Virus record (IMG/VR): IMGVR_UViG_3300017605_000626
Coordinates: 64,001-124,036 of that record
Direction: 5' to 3' (one strand)
DNA length: 60,036 nt
From: a virus
Lineage: Duplodnaviria > Heunggongvirae > Uroviricota > Caudoviricetes
Within the stretch, counting starts at the first letter, position 1; each line of letters opens with the position of its first letter. Positions 54,939 to 60,036 of this stretch are shown one piece after another. A program made the position numbers and the translations under genes. The notes beneath the pieces were generated by a model. The model was given only the letters and a program-made list of their open reading frames with translations. It was not told the DNA's origin and did no database searches.

Positions 54939-55431
54939 TGAATGGTTTATCCGTTAATATGTTTAAATAATATAATAATTTTTTGTGTAGTTTATCTTTC
55001 TTTTTAAATCCGTATTTTTCTGTAGCTATCTCTAGTATCCATTCTCTTATATCTGTTCCGAACTCTTCAGATCTAGCTTTAATATCACAAACTAGTTCCA
55101 TTAAATATACTTCAGGCATTAAGTGTATATTACCCCAATATTCAGGGTGATGGGGGTTAACTTTTACGTGATGTGCTATAGCACATTCTATTAATTCAAT
55201 TGGACCTTCTTCTTCTAATACTAGATATCTAAACTCTATACCATGAAATTTAGATTGGTCATGTATCATTCCGTTGGCTATGATCTGCCGCCCCATATCT
55301 ATATTAGTGTGGCGGCTTATTAAATATTCTCCTATTACTATAGTGCTTTCTTGTACATGCTTTATATGTCTTAATAGCCTATCTATACCCTTGGTATTTA
55401 TAGCTATTTCACTCTGTTGTGCGGCATTCAT
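54889..55431 (-). CDS. DUF5662-like (HD-related) protein
   Basis: HIKHV, HDQSK, HHVKVNPHHPEYW, ELVCD. Confidence 0.65.
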   Translation of the reverse strand: MNAAQQSEIAINTKGIDRLLRHIKHVQESTIVIGEYLISRHTNIDMGRQIIANGMIHDQSKFHGIEFRYLVLEEEGPIELIECAIAHHVKVNPHHPEYWGNIHLMPEVYLMELVCDIKARSEEFGTDIREWILEIATEKYGFKKKDKLHKKLLYYLNILTDKPFNDRIKIQPTNGFRRSI

Positions 55432-55721
55432 ATTTTATTTTGTTTGCATTTGTCGTACCATTCTTTGTTTAAAGCTTCTTCCTCCATATCAGCTCTGGTA
55501 CGTATTGCTCCAATTCTTTCTCTATATACTTGCCCAATTTCCCAACATCTTTTACAAAATGTACTTGGGTAATCACCGTAATCTCTTGGGTCATATACTC
55601 TATGTTTATCACATAAATCTTTTGAGCATAGCCTGCATTTTGCAGTTCCATTACTTGTTCCAGTGCAAATATCACAGGTATAAACGTATCTTTTTACAGT
55701 TTCTTCTGTTGTTTTTCTCAT
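55428..55721 (-). CDS. Zinc-finger protein (trimmed start)
   Basis: ORF track 55428..55898 runs through two tRNAs; in-frame ATG at 55721; CDIC..CRLC..CDKH..CKRC. Confidence 0.6.
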   Translation of the reverse strand: MRKTTEETVKRYVYTCDICTGTSNGTAKCRLCSKDLCDKHRVYDPRDYGDYPSTFCKRCWEIGQVYRERIGAIRTRADMEEEALNKEWYDKCKQNKI

Positions 55722-55728
55722 ATATTTA

Positions 55729-55817
55729 TGGCGGAGATAACAAGTTTCGAACTTGTTTGCCCTTTCGGACAACCTCAGTTTAGCAAACTGGTGCGTTTCC
55801 AAACCCGCCCTATCTCC
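55729..55817 (-). tRNA. trnS: tRNA-Ser(GCT)
   Basis: GGAGATA acceptor, CAGT-TTGCTAA-ACTG, long variable arm, GCCA. Confidence 0.85.
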
Positions 55818-55825
55818 TTTTATTT

Positions 55826-55912
55826 TGGCAGTGAGTGTCGGAGTTGAACCGACCAGAGTTTTACCTCCCGCAGTTTTCAGGACTGTTTGGCGTGCCACAT
55901 GCCGAACTCACT
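55826..55912 (-). tRNA. trnS: tRNA-Ser(TGA)
   Basis: AGTGAGT/ACTCACT acceptor, CAGT-CCTGAAA-ACTG, long variable arm, GCCA. Confidence 0.82.
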
Positions 55913-55919
55913 ATTATTT

Positions 55920-56177
55920 TTATTCAAATCCAGGAAATATTACTCTTTCTTTGATTGGTGGTTCTATTCTTTTTCTAGGATTAAGCCGACCACTTTGGAA
56001 GAATTTTTTATATTGGCCGCCTGGATCAGCGTCTACATCAATTAACAATGTGCCTTCCTTAGATAGATAAACTCCTCCTATTGGAGTACATACACTCTCG
56101 GCCGTTGAAAGAATTTTAGTGTCAGGTGAGTATTGTTTAAGCTGATTTAATAAATCTCTGACTGTATTAATTTTCAT
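55920..56177 (-). CDS. Hypothetical protein
   Basis: ORF track; AAGGA RBS. Confidence 0.55.
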   Translation of the reverse strand: MKINTVRDLLNQLKQYSPDTKILSTAESVCTPIGGVYLSKEGTLLIDVDADPGGQYKKFFQSGRLNPRKRIEPPIKERVIFPGFE

Positions 56178-56307
56178 TGTTTTTATCCTTATTTGTTTTT
56201 CCTTCTCTCTTCGAAATATCTTTCCAATTCAATTAGTAGTTTAAGTATAAGAGGCAATAATATGACTGAACTTATTAATAATAATATAGCTGGTGACATA
56301 ATAAAAT

Positions 56308-56386
56308 TGGAGGGAAGGGCGTGGATTCGAACCCGCGTTTTATAGGTTTTGCAGACCTATGCCTTTGGCCTCTTGGCTACCTCCCC
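56308..56386 (-). tRNA. trnC: tRNA-Cys(GCA)
   Basis: TAGGT-CTGCAAA-ACCTA; U73; CCA. Confidence 0.88.
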
Positions 56387-56571
56387 ATTACTCTATACTT
56401 TGTTTTTCTAGATTGTTTCCAATTTTTTAGTGGCCGTTTATTAGCATTTTCACCACGATTGTAAGGACATAAACCGCACTTAATTTTTCCTTTTTGTTCT
56501 AGTTCATGTTTCCTTACTTTATTAGCGACTGATCTATTAGTTTCTATTTTACTTAGTCTCTTTAGTTTCAT
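56377..56571 (-). CDS. Small basic hypothetical protein
   Basis: ORF track; lies between tRNA-His and tRNA-Cys, 3' end overlaps tRNA-Cys by 10 nt. Confidence 0.5.
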   Translation of the reverse strand: MKLKRLSKIETNRSVANKVRKHELEQKGKIKCGLCPYNRGENANKRPLKNWKQSRKTKYRVMGR

Positions 56572-56578
56572 AAAGAAA

Positions 56579-56652
56579 TGGGGTGTACGGAGCGAATCGA
56601 ACGCTCGTATTGTGGGTCACAGCCACTTGTCTTACCATTAGACTACGTACAC
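56579..56652 (-). tRNA. trnH: tRNA-His(GTG)
   Basis: GTGG-CTGTGAC-CCAC; C73; CCA; position -1 is T, not G. Confidence 0.85.
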
Positions 56653-56655
56653 AGT

Positions 56656-56728
56656 TGGTGGAGGTAGGGGAGTTGAACCCCACTTATTGAATGCAAATCA
56701 ATCGTGCTCCCATTACACTATACGCCCC
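56656..56728 (-). tRNA. trnA: tRNA-Ala(TGC)
   Basis: ATTGA-TTTGCAT-TCAAT; G3:U70; bulged C in the acceptor stem. Confidence 0.8.
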
Positions 56729-56733
56729 GAAAT

Positions 56734-56810
56734 TGGTCAGGATGGATGGATTCGAACCACCGGCCCCTCGGTTCCAGGCCGAGAACTCTACCAGACTGAG
56801 CTACATCCTG
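56734..56810 (-). tRNA. trnP: tRNA-Pro(TGG)
   Basis: CAGGATG acceptor, CTCGG-CCTGGAA-CCGAG, ACCA. Confidence 0.9.
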
Positions 56811-56815
56811 AAGCT

Positions 56816-56953
56816 TTAAACTTGTGATTTAAGTACATAATATAGCAGTACTATAAGAAGTGCTGCTACTATTAAATCTGTTAAATGTGTAAACATAAAG
56901 TTCATAATTTTAATCTCTGAATAAGATGGTATTGGTCTAATAAATTTATACAT
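56816..56953 (-). CDS. Small membrane protein (trimmed start)
   Basis: In-frame ATG at 56953 just downstream of the tRNA-Tyr-like CCA; hydrophobic C-terminus. Confidence 0.4.
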   Translation of the reverse strand: MYKFIRPIPSYSEIKIMNFMFTHLTDLIVAALLIVLLYYVLKSQV

Positions 56954-56957
56954 AATT

Positions 56958-57049
56958 TGGTGTAGACTGGTTGAATTGAACAACTCGCTCGACACTCCAC
57001 AATGTTTAATGAGCATCCGGGTTACAGCCGGACATGGAGAACAGCCTAC
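56958..57049 (-). tRNA. D-arm-less tRNA-Tyr(GTA)-like RNA with giant variable arm
   Basis: GTAGGCT/AGTCTAC-A-CCA acceptor; TCCGG-CTGTAAC-CCGGA; GTTG-TTCAATT-CAAC; only a 10-nt linker in place of the D arm. Confidence 0.72.
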
Positions 57050-57057
57050 TTATATTT

Positions 57058-57131
57058 TGGTAGCGGGACTAGGAATCAAACCTAAATTTTTCGCTCATCA
57101 GGCGAACTTTCTATCATTGAAATATCCCGCT
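57058..57131 (-). tRNA. trnI: tRNA-Ile(GAT), divergent D and T loops
   Basis: AGCGGGA/TCCCGCT-ACCA; TTCGC-CTGATGA-GCGAA; T loop TTTGATT. Confidence 0.75.
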
Positions 57132-57132
57132 A

Positions 57133-57216
57133 TGGTAGCCGAAGAAGGAGTCGAACCTTCAAAGATTTCTCCGGTTGGGTTTGAGCCAACTGCGTTTACC
57201 GTTTCACCATTCGGCT
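57133..57216 (-). tRNA. trnL: tRNA-Leu(CAA)
   Basis: GTTGG-CTCAAAC-CCAAC; long variable arm; ACCA. Confidence 0.88.
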
Positions 57217-57357
57217 TTAAGTAGAACATTTATAATCTTTTATTACCTTTATCTCTTTGCAATCAGTACATTCATAAGTCATTTCCCACGTACTAACTGG
57301 TTCTTTTATTATCTTAGCTTTAATACATTGCCATGTGTGGTTGTGTTCCATAAGTTT

Positions 57358-57440
57358 TGGTCCCATCTAGAGGACTTGAACCTCTACGCCCGAAGGCACA
57401 CGCTTCTAAGGCGTGCGTGGCTGCATTACACCAAGATGGG
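57358..57440 (-). tRNA. trnL: tRNA-Leu(TAG)
   Basis: CACGC-CTTAGAA-GCGTG; GCC-TTCG-GGC variable arm; ACCA. Confidence 0.88.
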
Positions 57441-57647
57441 TTTGTTTACTGTTACTTCTATTTTTTCTATATCGTAAAAGTCTGATATATCTTCAAATAC
57501 TTTCTTACTCATCCTGTTTAAAATGTTTTCAAAATATATTTTTGTTTTTAAATCTATTGTAGAGATAATATCTTGTCTAGTTGGTTTATCTGTGAAGTAT
57601 AAAGTTGGTACGCTATCTTTCCAATTTCTGACTTTATATATAATCAT
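57426..57647 (-). CDS. Hypothetical protein
   Basis: ORF track; 3' end overlaps tRNA-Leu by 15 nt. Confidence 0.5.
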   Translation of the reverse strand: MIIYKVRNWKDSVPTLYFTDKPTRQDIISTIDLKTKIYFENILNRMSKKVFEDISDFYDIEKIEVTVNKPILV

Positions 57648-57862
57648 CTAGGAAATCCAAATATGTCATAAACAAACATCAAATATTTTCCTATTAAAGA
57701 AGCAATAAAACCCATTACTTTAATAAAACTAAGCGCAAACCAAGGCGACAATAACAGACATACTATACAACATACTAGTTTATGATCGCCCAGCCAATCT
57801 AAAATACTTTCTATTCTTTCTTCCCAACTATAATATATTCTCTTACTCACCTTTAGCCTCAT
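57644..57862 (-). CDS. Small membrane protein
   Basis: Hydrophobic central segment. Confidence 0.5.
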   Translation of the reverse strand: MRLKVSKRIYYSWEERIESILDWLGDHKLVCCIVCLLLSPWFALSFIKVMGFIASLIGKYLMFVYDIFGFPR

Positions 57863-58121
57863 GGTTATTTAATAGGGATATTATATCCCAAATTGTAGAT
57901 ACTGAGATATCAAATAATTCATTTCTCTGGCCTTCTTGGTTATTAAGATGAACTTCATCTATAAACTCATCCCATTCTTCTAGTACAAGACCTGTTGTTT
58001 CATGAATGTTATGGTGAGTTCCCCAACCTTTTCGGTCGGCCTTCTTAATAATAAACTCTCTTAACTGAGCTAAAGCTGTATCTATGTTTTCTATTGTTAC
58101 TGGTCTTCGCATTTGTGCCAA
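57843..58121 (-). CDS. MazG-like all-alpha nucleotide pyrophosphatase
   Basis: LVLEEWDEFIDEV..RNELFDISV = ExxE..ExxD. Confidence 0.65.
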   Translation of the reverse strand: MAQMRRPVTIENIDTALAQLREFIIKKADRKGWGTHHNIHETTGLVLEEWDEFIDEVHLNNQEGQRNELFDISVSTIWDIISLLNNHEAKGE

Positions 58122-58324
58122 CCCAATATCTCACAAATTCTAATGGTAAAATCCTGAAATACTTGTATATCATCCATATTCTGTTCAACTACTTCATAAT
58201 GTCTTATTTCGTTCTCCTTAATAAAACTTTTACATTCATTGAATAATCTATTTTTTGTCTCTAGTGTAGATTTAATTTGAATTTCTTCGTCTATTTCTTT
58301 TATTAATTCTTTAGTTATTTTCAT
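58097..58324 (-). CDS. Hypothetical protein
   Basis: ORF track. Confidence 0.5.
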   Translation of the reverse strand: MKITKELIKEIDEEIQIKSTLETKNRLFNECKSFIKENEIRHYEVVEQNMDDIQVFQDFTIRICEILGWHKCEDQ

Positions 58325-58334
58325 ATATATGTTT

Positions 58335-58408
58335 TGGCTCGGCGATTAAGATTCGAACTTAAATTAACGGAGTCAGAGTCCATTTTCTTACCATTAGAAG
58401 ATCACCGA
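58335..58408 (-). tRNA. trnQ: tRNA-Gln(CTG)
   Basis: TCGGTGA/TCGCCGA; ATGGA-CTCTGAC-TCCGT; GCCA. Confidence 0.88.
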
Positions 58409-58410
58409 AT

Positions 58411-58489
58411 TGGATGCGGGAACAGGAGGCGAACCGAAATTTCCCAACTTGAAAGGATGGTTGCCTAGTCCATTTAGCAGACAATGCCA
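58411..58489 (-). pseudogene. Degenerate tRNA-Glu(TTC)
   Basis: CCATC-CTTTCAA-GTTGG anticodon arm and CCA present; acceptor strands do not pair; T arm broken. Confidence 0.55.
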
Positions 58490-58491
58490 TA

Positions 58492-58728
58492 TTATTTTTT
58501 CTCAATTACTTCGTACTTCACACAAGCACCATTATGATGATTTTTCAAAGCTAATACACTGTATAATATAGAGCCGGAATGAAGCCAAACTCCAATCCAA
58601 TTCTTTCTTTTTGCGTTGTATGCAATACCTAGACCGTGTAATGCCACAAGAGAGCCATGTACAAAAATACAAAGTCTTTCTAATTCTTCATTATAAATAA
58701 AACTTGATTTACTAGTTTGTTGTTTCAT
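58492..58728 (-). CDS. Hypothetical membrane protein
   Basis: ORF track; His-containing hydrophobic helices. Confidence 0.5.
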   Translation of the reverse strand: MKQQTSKSSFIYNEELERLCIFVHGSLVALHGLGIAYNAKRKNWIGVWLHSGSILYSVLALKNHHNGACVKYEVIEKK

Positions 58729-59425
58729 TTAAAAACGCCATAATTTTATTATAGATGTCAGGATGAAAAAATTTTTTTATTTCTTTTAATGATAAGTTTT
58801 GTTTAACCGTGTTAAATTTATTGGTACATAAAACTACATTTCCTATAATGTACCCGTTTTCTGGAATTATTTTGTCTATTGATAATTTTTCCCAATCTTT
58901 TATTGAACTTACTTTTAATTTTAATTTTTTTCCAGTATAGAAACATCTTCCATTTTGTTTTTTGTATAGGCTTAGCAAATACTCTGGAGTTATATTTAAA
59001 TTAGAACTTCTAGATTTTAAAGTGCTTATACGTTGTCCAAAGTATCCTATAGGGTCTTTTGCATATCTTTTTTTGTCTCTTTGATACTCACAACCTATAC
59101 AATGAGATCTATAATAAAATTTTATTTCTGGGTAAGGATGGTTTGTTGGTAATTTTCTTTCTTTTTGAATTGAAAACCTATCTAAAGGCAGTGTTTTATT
59201 ACAAGCTTTACATTTTATTTTATCTATGGCTATAAAATTAGGGCCTTGGTGCGGTGTTTTGCCTAATTTGAACGCACTTAATTTTTTATTTTTCTCTAAC
59301 CATGTCCCTACTGTTTTTCCGTCAATACCGAATTTTTTCGCTATAGCACGATTTGTTAGTCCTTTTTCATTTTCTAGTAATACTTGTTTTACTATTTCTT
59401 TTTTATTAAAAATTTTTCTTCCCAT
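58712..59425 (-). CDS. HTH plus HNH-like endonuclease
   Basis: N-terminal HTH; CKAC..CIGC; CFYTG, LSIDKIIPENGYIIGNVVLC. Confidence 0.82.
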   Translation of the reverse strand: MGRKIFNKKEIVKQVLLENEKGLTNRAIAKKFGIDGKTVGTWLEKNKKLSAFKLGKTPHQGPNFIAIDKIKCKACNKTLPLDRFSIQKERKLPTNHPYPEIKFYYRSHCIGCEYQRDKKRYAKDPIGYFGQRISTLKSRSSNLNITPEYLLSLYKKQNGRCFYTGKKLKLKVSSIKDWEKLSIDKIIPENGYIIGNVVLCTNKFNTVKQNLSLKEIKKFFHPDIYNKIMAFLNETTN

Positions 59426-59599
59426 TACTTATTATTATATTAATTAGAACAAAGTTTGCCAATGGTCGGAAGTTTCGTGGTCTTCCTAATGTTTTTATTT
59501 ACTTGTTGACTACCTAGTTTACCTCTAGAACAAGATGCCAGACATTAAACTGGTTGCTGTAATTGGTGAGATAATCCATCAACGTCGGCTCTAATCTTT

Positions 59600-59842
59600 C
59601 TATATAACCTTTATAGTCTCCGCTAAGAAAGTATTTTCTGTAAGAAATCCTGAGCATTCTACTTCTTTTCCTATGTATTGATTTAATTCTACATCACCAA
59701 ACACTGGTCCAGTTTTTCTTCTAAGTACTAGTCTTATACCGTCTTCATCAATAAAATGAGCTTTTCTTTCACTTTTACTTCCTTTACCGTATATATCATA
59801 ACTGACCATTCCCGTTATTACACACTTAATTGGTTTAGCCAT
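59600..59842 (-). CDS. Hypothetical protein
   Basis: ORF track; AAGGA RBS. Confidence 0.55.
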   Translation of the reverse strand: MAKPIKCVITGMVSYDIYGKGSKSERKAHFIDEDGIRLVLRRKTGPVFGDVELNQYIGKEVECSGFLTENTFLAETIKVI

Positions 59843-59926
59843 TGTATTCCTTTGTATTAATTAGAGCAAGTTAATTACGAGCATTTTTATCCCCTGAAGA
59901 TAACGGTAACAATTCGGTTCTAATTC

Positions 59927-60036
59927 ATTTATCCTTTCTTATTTAATCCTTCTAGGAACTTTTTCCAATAATCTTCTACACTTCTTGGTGGTCTAACATT
60001 GACTTCAGGATTGTCAATAACAAATTGTTCATGCCG
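59927..60036 (-). CDS. 3' end of a CDS truncated by the window edge
   Basis: Translated by hand: RHEQFVIDNPEVNVRPPRSVEDYWKKFLEGLNKKG*; stop position approximate. Confidence 0.35.

Noticed and set aside
2798-55783. Numerous short antisense or alternate-frame ORFs inside long genes (e.g. 2798, 4343, 11873, 13985, 19056, 24175, 37492, 44756, 55274)
   Set aside because: Shadows of well-supported genes, with no RBS or recognisable motif.
55826-55912. tRNA with TGA in the loop as selenocysteine or opal suppressor
   Set aside because: Anticodon TGA reads UCA (Ser); tRNA-Sec has anticodon TCA and a longer acceptor stem.
57358-57440. tRNA with TAG in the loop as an amber suppressor
   Set aside because: Anticodon TAG reads CUA (Leu); an amber suppressor would have anticodon CTA.
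55428-57477. ORF-track calls 55428..55898 (full length), 55753..56070, 56816..57016 (full length), 56976..57224, 57175..57477, and also 53811..54092 (full length)
   Set aside because: They run through or are antisense to tRNA genes; trimmed in-frame starts are given in the feature list where supported.
53097-58121. 2-aminoadenine (Z) genome system
   Set aside because: HD and MazG-like genes are present, but no purZ or DNA polymerase is in the window; these families are common without Z-DNA.
59440-59600. Possible ncRNA or promoter (TTGACT near 59507) in the gap after the last HNH gene
   Set aside because: No matching -10 at 16-18 nt, no convincing fold, and only very short ORFs.
1-60036. Alternative genetic code (TAG or TGA reassignment), prompted by TAG stops splitting tail domains at 23189, 28006 and 30197
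   Set aside because: Very long ORFs are intact in code 11, the continuations are in different frames so read-through would not join them, and no suppressor anticodon (CTA, TCA, TTA) was found.
1-60036. CRISPR array
   Set aside because: No regularly spaced 23-47 bp repeats with unique spacers were seen; the repeats found are coding-domain duplications.

Overview
A 60-kb segment of a large, AT-rich tailed dsDNA phage with siphovirus-type architecture and the standard genetic code. No database searches were run; family calls come from recognised motifs and synteny. Plus strand, 1-36.3 kb: a JAB/JAMM metalloprotease and a GT2 glycosyltransferase, then portal, scaffold, major capsid, neck, tail tube, an HNH moron, G/GT chaperones with a -1 frameshift, a 2450-aa tape measure protein and a hub/central fibre. 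A fragmented, modular set of beta-helix/LamG/FN3/Ig tail appendage genes follows. Next come a holin-like gene, a stand-alone ethylene-receptor-like (ETR1-type, CxxxH) membrane domain and nucleotide-metabolism genes. Minus strand, 36.3-60 kb: a 16-kb glycan island (UDP-GlcNAc 4,6-dehydratase, RmlD-like reductase, UDP-GlcNAc 2-epimerase, GT6, GT11, GT25, GT2-like and orphan GT-like genes, two methyltransferases), an M15 endolysin, HD/MazG-like enzymes, HNH endonucleases and an array of about 16 tRNA or tRNA-like genes, several structurally abnormal. The most striking observations are the phage ethylene-receptor-like domain at the lysis position, three tail genes sharing an MPLF...WDIGAxE header that completes a domain cut off in an upstream gene, an ABO-blood-group-like GT25/GT11/GT6 enzyme set, and the abnormal tRNA-Tyr and tRNA-CAU. 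No terminase, integrase, CRISPR array or reverse transcriptase was seen.
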